From: Mytilus trossulus
Taxonomy: Eukaryota
Assembly (NCBI RefSeq): GCF_036588685.1
Contig: NC_086378.1
Span: forward strand, 89,156,001-89,220,000
Length of the DNA stretch: 64,000 bases
Direction of reading: 5' to 3'
The translations under genes and the position numbers were made by a program. Below the pieces are notes generated by a model. The model was given only the letters and a program-made list of their open reading frames with translations, did not search any database and had not been told where the DNA came from. Each line of letters starts with the position of its first letter. Positions within the stretch are counted from its first letter, which is position 1. Shown here piece by piece: positions 1 through 13,581 of this stretch.

Positions 1-1034
1 TTTTCCCGTTCAGATATATATAAATTAGATCATTGGTTTTCCTGTTCGAATTGTGTACGCTAATAATTTTGGGGTCCTTTTCTAGCTTGCTGTTTGGTCT
101 GTATCAAAGCTCTGTGTAAAAGGCCATACGTTGACCTGTGTTTGCTATTATTAGGTTGAGAACAACCCTCCCTCAGACAAGGGGTCATTTTACTGATGTA
201 GAAAAGAAAATAGAAATACCAAGGATTTGTTTAGTTCTTCTATACAAAACCTTTGAAAACTGAGAATTTTGTACTCAAAAAGAGGAGAGTTACATCATAT
301 TTTAAACAACTTTTTCTAAAAGAGGTGTCCACTTATTTTGAATAATATTAAACTGTTAAAGAAAATGTGTTAACATGGTTAAAGTCCAGGAATATTATGA
401 GCCCTTTTGTACAAACAAATATATTAGAACTTATATTGATCCTTATAAAACATGTACATGTAAAAGGGATAAATTTATAACAATAAGGGGTTGCCCTCAA
501 ACTGAATATGACTTGGATGGAGAATTGTCTCATTGTCAGTAACACATATATAGACCAGATTTAATTATTTCTTGGTGAACAGGGAAACAATACTTCAGAA
601 ATTAAAGAAATGTCAATGTACTTGTGATAAACCAAGTTTTAATACTGTCAAAACCTACTATTTTATGTTTACAAAAAAAAATTATAATCACTCACCTCTA
701 CTTTTCAAGCTTCGCCTCAAAAATTTGTAAATTTAATATTTTTTTATTAAAATTTTCAAACCACTTGCTCGCCCCACATTTTGAAGTCCAAAAATCTGTA
801 GAACAAGAAATTAAATTGGTGTGGCCTAAAGGAAACAATTCTAAAATATGTGTTCTGTAAGGTGGACCATTAGTATATAATGTACCTGTTATATTTGTTT
901 CAAAAATAGAAATGTTCACTTCTTCATATCTAACATCTTTGTGTGTTCATACTGTAATGCTAAACTATGAAAACATATGCATTCTTTTATCATAACAAAT
1001 GATGTTGATAACATATAACTGATTACAAACTTAC

Positions 1035-4000
1035 ACTGCTACCAGACAGAGGCAGATAGCAGGGTTAGGATTCCAGGCTATACATCTAGGGGTACCTGAC
1101 ACCTTTAATGTTTTCATACATCTCCCTGTAAGTACCTCCCAAAACTTCACTGTTTCATCATCGCAGCCTGAAAATACATTCAAAACAAATTAATAACAAT
1201 CACTGAGGTAGTTTTAATAGAACCTTCATAGCACTTGTACTTAACTTGAAAGCTATAATTAATTTTAGTTAGTAAGTGCAACTTGCACTGCTTCAAAAAC
1301 TTTGAATTTGGTCTGTTCTATGAATCTAAGGTAGATAATTCCTTAAGTTTAAATTACAACTATATACTTATGAGTATTTCAAATAAAATTTTGTTGTTTC
1401 ATCTTGCACTCTATATTTTGTTTTACATGAAATCTACTTTAAACTCAGAGGTTAATGTGCTTAGTCATTATTGCAAATCCTTGACCTATATATGTCCTGC
1501 ATTAGGTTGCTGGATTACCTCCCCTTTTGACATTTCCCCATATTCAATGACTTTGAATAAAATATATGGATGCCAAAAAAAAGCTTAAACATACTAACTT
1601 TTCAGAGTAAAGTGATGATAAAGTAAAATATGAAATTATAAATTAAAAATTATGTGTGTGTGAAGTAATTACTGTGTTTGTTGAAAAACCTATCATGTTA
1701 CAAATTTGCAAATAAAAAAACACTGCAAATTTCAGAATGTATCAAAATTTAAAGCGCAAATGTCCATAATGTTTGAAGGGTATATGTCCTATAGTGAAAC
1801 AGGTTAAAAAGCGCTGGATTGAAGACAATAGCTTTTTAGTTTTTGTCAGTATGATTGTTAATAGAAAGGATTTTTAATAGAGTATATACGTAGAAATTAG
1901 TTTTTATTAATTGCACTTATAATTTTGCAAGTTAATTTTTATCGTTAATTTTCAATTTTATAATGTTGAAATAGAGCTACATTTTCATCTGCTGAGATTA
2001 GTTAAAGATAACAGTATTTTCCAAAGAATTTATTACTGTGTAGAAAGTAAATGGTTAATCTTAACGGTATTCCTAAATTTTATGACACCTTCAGTAGGTC
2101 AGTCTAGTCATTTAGAGTTCAAGTAAAAATCGTCTGCATGTGCAGCTGTGGCTATTTGTTTTAATTACTTTGTTTTGATGATCTCTGGGAATCAGGTTAA
2201 ATTAGTGTGAAATTTTATAACTAATGTTTAGACGTAAACAGATTGTTTTTATCATGCGATAAGTTAACATCAAAAACAGTGTTGTGAAATTGTATTACGA
2301 AAATGATTGTATATATATAGAATAACCATACATTGTCTCGAAATATCAATGTTAGAAACAGGTAGAAAGCGAGGCTGTGAGGAGCATTTCTACCTGTTTT
2401 GAGCCGAGTAAAAATAACAGATTGATATTTCGAGACAATGTATGGTTATTCTTTATATACTGCAACTCTTAAAAACTGTTTTAAATGAAGTATTTTGGGT
2501 AAAAACTTCATTTCTTAATTTGAAGCGGACAACTTTAAATTTACGCAAACCTGTATGTTTTATTGACGTCATAAATAAAACTCTACGGAAACACATTGTC
2601 AACATCATAAACAAGGTGATATACGGTCAGTGACTGTATATCACATATAAATATACGGTCAATGCAATTTGACTGCTCAAATAGCACAGCTGCAGTATAT
2701 ATTGTAAATATTTTATTAAACCGTAGTTATTAGCAAACATTCTTTAGTTATATGATATGGATATAATTATGCTATTAGTATAACATTATTGTCGAACTCC
2801 CAAATCCCAAATTGTCGAACTTTATATGAACAATTTATTCCACTGCACATTTCGAATCATCTCCGCAACAAGCCCAAAGTCATGTGCTCAAATTAATGTT
2901 TATCTTACCTGAGGCTAACCATTGTCCTGTTTGGTCAGCAGATATACATCTAACAATATCTGTGTGGCCTTTATATATCTGTAAAATATATAATTTTTAA
3001 TAGATGTGGTCAAATAATACCAAGAACTGGATCTTAGAATTTATGGTCAATGATTTACTTATAAATTAAAAAGCTGTCAACCAACACATTCAGCAATTTT
3101 TCCATTTATAAAGGGCCAAAACTCAAGAACGGTACATGTGACACCACACAAATTCTAAACATAACGGAGTCTGATAGTTATAGGCATTGTGTAGATTTTT
3201 CATATCATTTGGATAGCTAAAGTTAGAGAACAGAATCTCATCTTGAAAGGATACTAAATATGATTTCCTGTTTCAGCATAAATTTAAGTTTTTAAAACTA
3301 ATTAAAGACGTAGAATCAGTTATTTAAAACAAAATTCAATACAATAAATTCAATTGGATTGGACAACAGACTATGCTGATATTGATTTATTAATACAGGG
3401 GTTATGAACTTGAAGTTTTTGTATTGGCCACTGAAAACTGAACATGGCTATAAGTGATAGAAAAATTATACAGATTGCAAAAGTAAAAACACAAAAATAC
3501 TGAACTCCGAGGAAAATTCAAAAAGGAAAATCAAAAATCAAAAGGCAAAATCAAAAGTCCAAACATATCAAACGAATGGATTACAACTGTCATGTTCCTG
3601 ACTTGGTACAGGCATTTTCTAATGTAGAAAATGGTGGATTGAACCTGGTTTATAGCTAGCTAAACCTCTCACTTTTATGACAGTCGCATCAAATTCCATT
3701 ACATTGTCAACGATGAATGAACAAAACAAACATACTCAAAGAGTAAAAATGTCAAAAATAGGGGTACAGCAGTCAATAATGTGTTATCATCTTAATATCA
3801 CTGTAAACACAACAAATGTAACGAAGAAGTACAAGGAGAAGAGAGAGAACTATTGAAGACTTACAAATAAGGGAGATAACTACTGGAGACTTACAATAGC
3901 TTGCTGTGTAGGAAATGGTTGTAGATCTTTAGGTTTTGGCAGCTTGGGTATCAAATCTTCTGGATTAATGTTCATCTGTAAATAAAAATTATAAATGCCT

Positions 4001-7000
4001 TTCACTGTTGTATCATCAAATCAAGAAAAGTTTTTACTGAATAATTATTTTTTGCATTTATTTATATGATGAATAACATATGCTTATATGACGTTCTACT
4101 GAACAGTTATGATTACTCTCACTTGGTAGAATTTCTATGTTAATAATATTTTAAAGTAAGAGAATATTCCTAAGGTATGGTTGGCAGGGATTTCAATGCA
4201 TTTTGAGAAAGCAACAACCAAATTTTTGCTTAAATTGTATGGTACTTAACATGAGAAAAAAATCCAATTCGTCCCATACCATTTGCATTTCTTTGGAAAA
4301 ATATCTGTCAGACAAATAGTTATCACAATTAAAAAAGTAGTTCATTTCATTAGCAAAATAATTTAGTTATTTTTTTTTCTAAAAGAAACTATTTTGTGAT
4401 AATGAAATCGATAATAGATTAGCCCGTAGACCTATGTTATATGAACATTTAAGTTGAAATGTTTCTCACCCTAGTTTGCTGCTGTCTTGGACATAAATAT
4501 AAATCTAAACATCTTTCAAATCTTTCCTTAACAAAGCTTGAGTATGCTGGTACTAATCTTAAGCTGTCATATTTCTTTGGAATAAAATTCATTCTTCTTT
4601 CTTCTGGTTCTTGTGATAGCCATTGTTCTTCCTATTAAAGAAATAAAACATGTGCAGTCTGCTGTTGTAAATACACAACGTTGGACAAAAGTAAGCTGGG
4701 TAAACAAACTGAAAATCAATCATTAAACAAATATCTAGTCTGAATCTGTGTTGCAAAAAAAAAATGAATTCAAAATATAACTATCTACAATGCATTGAAA
4801 TAGGAAATTACTTTATCTCCACAATTCAGTTTTTAATTGGGTGCATGGTACACTTTCTGTGTTATGTTATGTAATTATTTTCATTCTGTTTTTTCTGTTT
4901 AATAAAATTGAGAATGGAAATTGGGAAGGTGTCAAAGAGACAACAACCTGACCAGAGAGCAGAAAACACCAATGGTTTGCATTTTTGTTATTATTATGCG
5001 TATTGAGTTGACAAATTACCTCCTCCTTGGTAAATAGATACTCTGGTGGTGGGTTATAAGATTCCACATGACCTGGAAGTGTAGCTTTAGGTGCTGGAAT
5101 ATTGGCTCTATATCTCCTTGTGGACTCATTCTAAAATTATAATGTTAATATGCTAATAAAAAATTATGACTATTCAATAAAAGAGAAATTGATCCAAACA
5201 TGATAAATCATGAAAATGTGCAAAAAAATCAGGATTAATAAAATTTACTGTAAACAAAGAGCAGATTGCTCTGAGGGATAAGGTTGTCATTGTTTTCATT
5301 GATACATGTATTAGTATTATTTTCAAAAATAATTCAACTGCATGTGTAGAAAACTTGTAAAATGTAATTTACGTAAACTGAATAGTTATTCATCTTTCAA
5401 ATAGCCAATCCTTGATACAAGTGTATGAACAATGTACTTATTGTGTTGTATTTTTGTACTATCAATTTCAAGTTGACTTTCCACAGCTGTCACTGAGAGT
5501 GAGAGAAGGTATTTAACTTCGTACCTTATCACCAATTTTCCTACGTGAATTCTAGGTGGAACCCCATTCCTAACTCTTTAAATGTTTAATTTCCTTTGGG
5601 TAAGTAGACATGACTCCTTTCTATACACATTCCTCTGTTTAAATTGTGATCGGTTTTAATATAATACCACTTCTATCGACAGGACGAGTTATTTTTTCTG
5701 GACGTATTGTCGTTTAACAAAAGATACTTACGGAAGGGAGACAACTCAAAGCTTTAATATGGAAAACTCCATTTTGGCTGAAGGGGTGTTCTAGTTACAC
5801 CTTTACGTTGTGGACTACTTTTATTTTAATTTGAATGATGGACTATGATGCATATGATTTAAAATTATGCAACAAAAATAACCCTCAATAGCAGACAGAC
5901 ATAGAAAGGATCTCGTGAGTTTCAAATTAATCAATGGAGTGGAGCAACCATTCAATCAGATACCCCTACTAGTCAAGAAAACTATACGCATGTACATAAT
6001 TACCTAAACAAACCCTAGACTTGTGATTTGTAGCAAGGACGTATATCAAATGTTAATTAAACAAACAGCATTTCTTTATGGAGGTACAAGATAAAATATC
6101 AGTTTCATAACGGTGACATATAAGAAAACTCCACTTCAATTCTTATATGACAGAAATAGATTTATTGATTGAAATTCAGAGAACTCAGAGAACATGTTAT
6201 TAAAACCTGGGAATTCCCTCTGACATGTTTCTAAATTTATATAAACACTAAATATAAATACTGTTTAATTCTGATTTTCCGTGTTGTTAAAATCATGCAT
6301 ACAAGTCCAGGGAAATATCTAAACATAAAGATTATTAGAAGAACATTATAGGACAGTTGTTCAAATTCAATCCTTTTGTTTTTTAAACCATTTAAGGCAA
6401 GACAATCTCAAGAATCTGAGATGTTCCTTGATGTTTAGAATAAAACAGTTGACGTGAGGGCATGGTGCTGAGTCAATGGTACAAGTCTACAGATTGCCTA
6501 AAAGCAATGGTATCCTTAAAAAGCAATCCTAGATATAAACCTATGATATCAAAATATTTAACACCCATGTCTCACTTTACAACATTCCTTCCAAGATGAG
6601 CCAAAAACCTTTGGAAATTTTCTATTTTCTTTTTAAAACTTTTTTGAAAACTGTCTCAATAAATTATGAAGTAAGAACTAAAGAGGAGTTAACTCCTACC
6701 TCCTCCTCATCTTTCCACAACATATGGTATTTGGGCTCATCGTCTTCTTGTTCCTTTTTCTCTGTGCTTCTTTTCATCCATCCCATCTTTATAGCATGTA
6801 CCATTTGACCAACCTACAAATATACATACATCTTATTAAATCTGTTCAATGTTCTAATTGTGTTATGTTTATGTATCAGCTAAGTATTCTAAACTTTACA
6901 AAAAAAACCACACTACAATCTATTCTGTGCCTTCTCTGTAATAGAGTTGCTTAAAATGGAAATACTAATATACTGTTACATTAGATAATGTTGTACATTA

Positions 7001-10000
7001 ATTGTTATTATAGTCAGAAAAGATATAAATTTAAATAACTTATATTATCTTCTTTGGATTCATTTATTTTCATGGATACCATTTTTTGTTGATTGAGAAA
7101 TAAAAGCATTTATTTTGATATATGATTTTGATGTTTTATACCAAAGTCTGCAATAAGCCTATATAGAAACTTTTTAAGTTCCATGGTCTTGACTTTTGGA
7201 GTGCAGATAAAATATTTCACAAAACAAATTTCAGTGTCAGCAAAAAATAATGACAGGAAAACAATATATTTGAATCATTTGACATTAGAGTTGTATCATA
7301 ATTTAAAGTGTTGTAAAGGTGACTTTTGAAACTACAGTCACCCAAAATATGAAATGTTTGAAATTCCACATACATCTAAAAGATTTCCTCTAACATTCAC
7401 CTAATGTTTACTGTACATTTATAATTACCTTTAACTTCTCCCATTTTGATGGAATGAAACTTCTTTTGTCAGCTGGTCTGTTGGTAACAGGATGTATCAT
7501 TGTCTCATGTGTAAAGAAGTCAATCCATGGCTAGAAAAGAAGAAGTACATTTCAGTTGTCAATCAAACAAGGTAAACATATTGACCATTGAAGGTAAAAA
7601 AAAAGTTTAGAAATTTATGATGAATCCATTCAAACTAGACAACAATCCATCTATTTGTATGTAAGATTTTAAAAAAAAAATCATTTTTACTCTTTAGCAA
7701 ATTTATTTTTGCTTGAAAGTTTGTGTTTTCCCACTTTTTTTTCAAAATTCAAAAATCAAAATACAAGAAACTCTGAAATATAGTCACATTTTTTTCTCTG
7801 ACATCTTTATTTTACCTCATATGTTTCCTTTGCTCCTCCAGGTGTCCTCTGTAGCATAAGACCTTCTATGAGACTGACATCTTCCTTGGTCAGTAATACA
7901 TTTTGTCCAGTCATTTTGTTTGTCACTGTTCTCCTAAGGTTAAAATTATATGGAATAAAATATAATCAAATGTGTTGAAAAAGGGTTACACATTGCCTTA
8001 AAACAATTCAAAGCATGACACTAAAAGAAATGTTATGTTTAACATCATTCATGTATAAATTTCCTACAGATCTAATTTGAGCGTTCATACTAAGTTATCC
8101 TCACTTTTTAGTTGGTTGTTTCTCTATTGATTAAAAACAATTTATTTTTTTGTTAAATGAAAATCCCCTTCAAGTGCCTTTCACATTCCACGAAGTTGTC
8201 AATTTCATTCTCACCTGTTAGCATATTTTGATTCATCCAGTTAGCTAAAAAAAGTTATGACCCTTAAAATCTTCCAATGATTTTTTGAGATCACCAGCAA
8301 CCACACGTTGATTATTTTTTTTTATACAATGTGTTCGGAAAGGGATAAATTTCCATAGAATTAGAGAAACTAAGGTGTCTTCCCTTTTCAGTGTTCAACC
8401 TCACTGTTAACATTACATACAGTCTCAGTGTTGATAGATTTTCATTTCTCTTCTTTTAGAGAAATATAGAAAATGCTTGATATATAAAGATGAACATCAA
8501 TTGGCCGTTTCAGAATCTAAAGCATCATGGGTAATTTCCATTGTTTATGACATTTTTAACCAATCAGGATGTTTTGGTGTACACTTTTGAAAATATTACT
8601 CATGATGCATTAGATTCTGAAACGGCGAATTGCTGTCACACTTTTAGTATTAAAATTTATAAGAAAACATGCGAATTTTACAGAAATAGATACATTACAA
8701 TTTCCCTTTCTCTTTTACAGTGAATAAAAAAATAACCACACACATGAATATACTTTTGCTTAATATGTTGATACAAACCAATAATCTGGATTATCCATTC
8801 TCTGTAGAAACTCATCCAATTCATCCCCTTTCTTAGGTTTGATTAGCTTCCTTCCCTCTACATCATAACCTATGTGTGGATAGTCCCTATACCATTCCAT
8901 TGGGATGTTACCCACTGTGTTACGGATATCCTGAAAAATACAGCAAAAGTAGGATGTTTTTACTAAACTGTTACTTATTTGTAAATCAACAAAGCACAAT
9001 TCCATTGAGACCTGTACAATAATAGAAAAAAATATTAAGACAAAAAGGCCGTATTTACATCTCAGAAGAAATTCAAACTAACATCTTGTATAATGTGCTC
9101 ATGTGGATACAGATACATTCTAAGTAATAACAATGTACTTTTGTGTTTACCTGCGATACTTTTTATTTGGAGAATTTTCTGTTGATGGTAAAGATATAGA
9201 ATCCTTCATACATCTAGACTGTTTAAATCATTATAAACTTTATTGTACAAATTACATCTTGATATGGCACTATATATGGTGTAGACACCTGTATTGTTGA
9301 AGACTGTGTGTTGTCCTCTATGTGTCTTGCATTATTGTGTAGCTGGGTTGCTGTCTCCTTGATGTATATTATAAAACAACATCTTTATTATCTATTTAAA
9401 TAGTCACCTACATGATCAACTATTTGGTTTTGTTATTGTAACCATTGATAAATATGTAGAAATAAGAATACTTACCATTTAACAAACAATTATTTATATA
9501 CTAATGATGTACAAGAAATCATTTAACCAATCAGATAAGATGATTACATTGATCCTTAAATACTTTCAACCAATCAAAACACCTACCTCTTCATCAGAAG
9601 AATCATGATAGTATTCGTCTTCGACTGTTTGAGATGTTGTTCGTGTATTATTTTTATCATTATATTTATTTTTAGCTGCCACGTTAACAGTGTTTGTATC
9701 TTCTTCATTCACATCTTTGTCTTCTGTATCATTGTCAATCACATTTTCTTTGTCACTTTCTTCATCGTCACTTTCACTGTTATCCTCATCTTCACTGTCT
9801 GATTTGTCATCCTTCTTTACTTCCTATTGAAAAATTATTTATTAAGTTACAAATATATATCAGCAATTTTACATTTCAACTGTTGTAAAACATATTTGTA
9901 ATGTTTGTGGAACATAAATTTGTTTGTGTCTTTAAGGGCCTGTATTATTTCTTGAAGGCTTTAACATATATATACAACCTGAACACACTTTGTTTGTAAA

Positions 10001-10969
10001 TGTACAAGTTTTTTTTTAATGAGAGCATGATAGCCAGTTATTGTTGTGATGTCGTCAGACCATACTGGTAGCAACTTCAATTAATTTCAAGATCAGTTTA
10101 GCAAGTTTGGAGTCTGTTTCTCAATCAAAATACATGATCATAGGATTATATTATTTAGTATGTGGTTGTGTTTAATTGTGTAATAATTTTACAACATTAT
10201 GTTTACATGTTTGACAAATATCTGCAACTGTTATTTACCTTTGATTATTATTGATAATGCATGCCTTAATTCTTTATAACCTAGAACCTTAACTAATGCA
10301 GTGTACTCTCTAGCCCAAAATAGAGTTGTACAATGCCAAGCTCATTTAAGGTGGTACTCAACACTTTAACTCAAATTAATTTGGCTCGTTTAATTTTTAT
10401 AAAGTATTTACTTTGACCCTTTGACAAAAATATAAATAATTTAAAAATTTTGAACCAACTGTTTTATCAGAAAAATTACACTGGTTATATATATATAGTG
10501 CTCAGTTGACTAACACTCATTTTGATTATTGAGAAGTTTAATATCCTTTTCACAACACAACGTAATTAAAACTTTTAGCTGATTTTACAGAGTTATCTCC
10601 CTGTAGTGTTTGGTACCATCTTAAACATGTGCTTCAACGCTACATGTTGATAAAAGTCTTCAATACTCTAAACATATGGAAGAGATATGACATTTAATTC
10701 TTCAATTCTCAAATGTTGAAGATCGTACTTTGACCTATAATGATTTACTTTTATAAATTATGACTTAGATAGAGATTTTTTTCATTGGCAATCATACCAC
10801 ATCTTTATATATATATCACATGGAAGATATATATAAATATAAATGTAGATATCTATACCTCATCATCTGATGTGTCTGGTTCCTCCTCTAGTCCAGAGTA
10901 TATACTTTCTTCTGAATCTGTTGTGTCACCATCTGATTCACTTGCTGATTTGTCATGGAACAAATCCAT
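1035..10969 (-). CDS. BOP1: Ribosome biogenesis protein BOP1/Erb1, multi-exon, 3' part outside the window
   Basis: GT-AG exons read by hand, with consistent phases: 10859-10969, 9587-9823, 8779-8930, 7816-7933, 7429-7530, 6700-6813, 5020-5130, 4470-4631, 3895-3975, 2909-2978, 1035-1167. Translation gives [99 protein letters not shown] and the first WD40 repeats ([18 protein letters not shown]). The ATG at 10969 directly follows an acceptor AG, so it may or may not be the true start. Confidence 0.96.
2316..2700. mobile_element. Palindromic non-autonomous element (double hairpin)
   Basis: AGAATAACCATACATTGTCTCGAAATATCAAT (~2319-2350) is inverted at 2421-2452. A second tatactgca...tgcagtata inverted pair bounds ~2455-2699. 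Confidence 0.6.
3480..3835 (+). repeat. High-copy interspersed repeat (family B)
   Basis: aaatactgaactccgaggaaaattcaaa...aactgtcat(a/g)ttcctgacttggtacaggcatttt recurs at ~33000-33210 and 63850-64000, and inverted at ~43490-43575. Confidence 0.7.
8499..8631. mobile_element. Small MITE with ~37-bp terminal inverted repeats
   Basis: aattggccgtttcagaatctaaagcatcatgggtaat pairs with attactcatgatgcattagattctgaaacggcgaatt. Confidence 0.65.
10350..10620. mobile_element. MITE with TTAA target duplication (Kolobok-like)
   Basis: ttaa|ggtggtactcaacact ... agtgtttggtaccatc|ttaa. A partial second copy lies at ~61300-61415. Confidence 0.65.
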
Positions 10970-11186
10970 CTACAAAAAATATTAGAGACTGGCTGACATA
11001 ATATTACAAGTATCACAAATCCATATCAATAAAATTGAAATGATCCCCATATTTTCAAAAATTTCATATGTGATAACTGTTGGCTAAAATTATCATGATC
11101 AAAACGGACATACAAGTATATATGAAAAATAGACTAAAATCAACAAATCAACACTGAACATGCGACTCTATTCAGCAGCCCTCTGC

Positions 11187-11530
11187 CAGTCAGGATTTTA
11201 TTTACTTGAAGAAGTAAAAAAAAATATACATATGAAATTGCACTGAAATGATTAGTAAAGACATCTGCAAAGAGCAGATAATTTAAAATTCTATTAGAGC
11301 AAAGAAATCCAAAGCTTTCAATAAAAGAAGATAGGATGACTTTTTTACTTCTACAAGTAAAAATATCTGAATTTCTAAGGGACATAACTCAGCCAATATT
11401 TTTTTTTACCTATACAAGTAAATAAAATTCACTTGTATATAAGTATCCTACAAATTTACTTATATGTGTATATATTTTTTTACTTCTTCAAGTAAATAAA
11501 ATACACTTGTACAAGTAGTACCCCTGACTG
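11187..11530. mobile_element. MITE with CAGT termini and a 5-bp TSD
   Basis: TIR cagtcagg/cctgactg, flanked by tctgc on both sides (11182-11186 and 11531-11535). Internal inverted arrays of (t)acaagtaaataaaa. Confidence 0.6.
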
Positions 11531-12542
11531 TCTGCAGCAGAATGTATAAAATGATCAATTAGGGCTAGTACATCAAAAGTATATCCAACAAACTTGGGGT
11601 CTGTTTGAATATTTTTGTGGAAAAGAAAAAGACAGCAAAGTCAGTGATTTAATAGATCAAATGCTGAGAATCAATTACTATTCCCTTCAAATTAACAAGT
11701 AATCAGAAGATAGGTGGTAACACATTTGAACTTTCTGAACTGGCATTGTTGTTTTTTCTATCTGTAATACTGTATAATACTTCCATCATTGTCCATGGTA
11801 TGCTATTTCCAGGAACTGGCAATGTAGAGTTGTATTTTAAATCTATCATCAATAATAGTTAGGACATATGTACATCATTTACATAGTTTGACACAAATCA
11901 TACTACATGTACTATGCCATATTTGTACAATACTTAAATTTAAAATGAAAAAAATATGTGTGTAAAATTAAATTCCAGCATCATTGGCATGTGTACATGT
12001 ATATGTGTGTGGGTGTGTGCATTACTGTCAGTTAGCTACATTACAAAACATGAGTAAAGGGGATCTTTGACACTATGTGTTTGATCATATTCGTTCCTCT
12101 GTATACACTTTTTTGTTTCTATCAATAATCAGAATTCTATTCAAAACGGCACCCAGCATAGTCAAATTGGCACCTGGTTAAATCGACACCGGCATAATCA
12201 AATTGGCACCTGGTTAAATCGACACCCGCAAAGTCAAATTGGCACTTGATATAGTCAATTTGGCACCCATGATAGATTTGTGTAATATATATTCTAACAG
12301 TATTTTTAAGCAAAAACAGTAAAAATAAGGGAGGGGTTGTCCAGAAATATTCACTTAATTTTATTCACTTTTTTTATGGTTGATATACATGTATATATTT
12401 TTTCTCTCTCAAATAAATGTGTATTTTTAATTATATATATATATGAGGTATTGGACATTTTTTTATGCTGTTTAAACTTTCCTGAAATAAACACCTTAAT
12501 TGCTAAATGTTTTGAATGAAAGTTTGAATTATTGATAAAAAT

Positions 12543-13200
12543 AAAATTGAGAATGGAAATGGGGAATGTGTCAAAGAGACAACAACCCGACCAAAATAAA
12601 AAAAAACAAAAAAACACAACAGCAGAAGGTCACCAACAGGTTCTTCAATGAAGCGAGAAATTCCCGCACCCGGAGGCGTCCTTCAGCTGGCCCCTAAACA
12701 AATATATACTAGTTCAGTGATAATGAACGCCATACTAATTTCCAAATTGTACACAAGAAACTAAAATTTAAATAATACAAGACAAACAAAGGCCAGAGGC
12801 TCCTGACTTGGGACAGGCGCAAAAATGCGGCGGGGTTAAACATGTTTGTGAGATCTCAACCCTCCCCCTATACCTCTAACCAGTGTAGAAAAGTAAAAGC
12901 ATAACAATACGCACATTAAACATGTTAAAATTCAGTTCAAGAGAAGTCCGAGTCTGATGTCAGAAGATGTAACCAAAGAAAATAAACAAAATAACAATAA
13001 TACATAAATAACAACAGACTACTAGCAGTTAACTGACATGCCAGCTCCAGACTTCAATTAAACTGACTGAAAGATTATGATTTCATCATATGAACATCAG
13101 GCACAATCCTTCCCGTTAGGGGTTTAGTATCATACCATCATAACATATATGAGAAGAACATAACCGGTGTCATGCCAACAACTGTTTTTAGAATAAATGT
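12543..13200 (+). repeat. High-copy interspersed repeat (family C)
   Basis: The head aaaattgagaatggaaatggggaatgtgtcaaagagacaacaacccgacc recurs at ~4905, 28583, 28662 and 62482 (near-identical over ~170 bp at 62482-62655). Confidence 0.75.
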
Positions 13201-13581
13201 GTTTACATGTTGAAAGGAACTCATATAGTTTTCTTGCTTTTAATTGTCTCATTATTAGCTTGGTTAAAGGCTTCATTGTTTTTTATCATAAGTTCATAAG
13301 TTATGAAGTTATTGAAGAATAAAACATTAATAACTACCTGTATACTGTTGAGTTAAAACAAAACAAAAAACACCATTAACTATGTACTTGATTAAAGTTA
13401 TTAATTACTTGAAAAGAAAACTTATCAAACCATCAGTCATAGAATGTTGGGAAAACTTTAAATAATTAACTATTGTATTCTAATGTTTTTTTAACTGCTT
13501 GATGATTTTTAACACTGTAATTCATGATAAAATACAACCCACAAAATATTCATTTTTAGAATTATTTATACATAATATATC

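Noticed and set aside
10040-12130. Possible intronic C/D snoRNAs in BOP1 (ATGATCA...CTGA at ~10055-10142; TGATGA...CTGA at ~11703-11851, minus strand)
   Set aside because: Boxes are imperfect, there is no clear terminal stem, and I recognise no rRNA or snRNA guide complementarity. A snoscan or Infernal run is needed.
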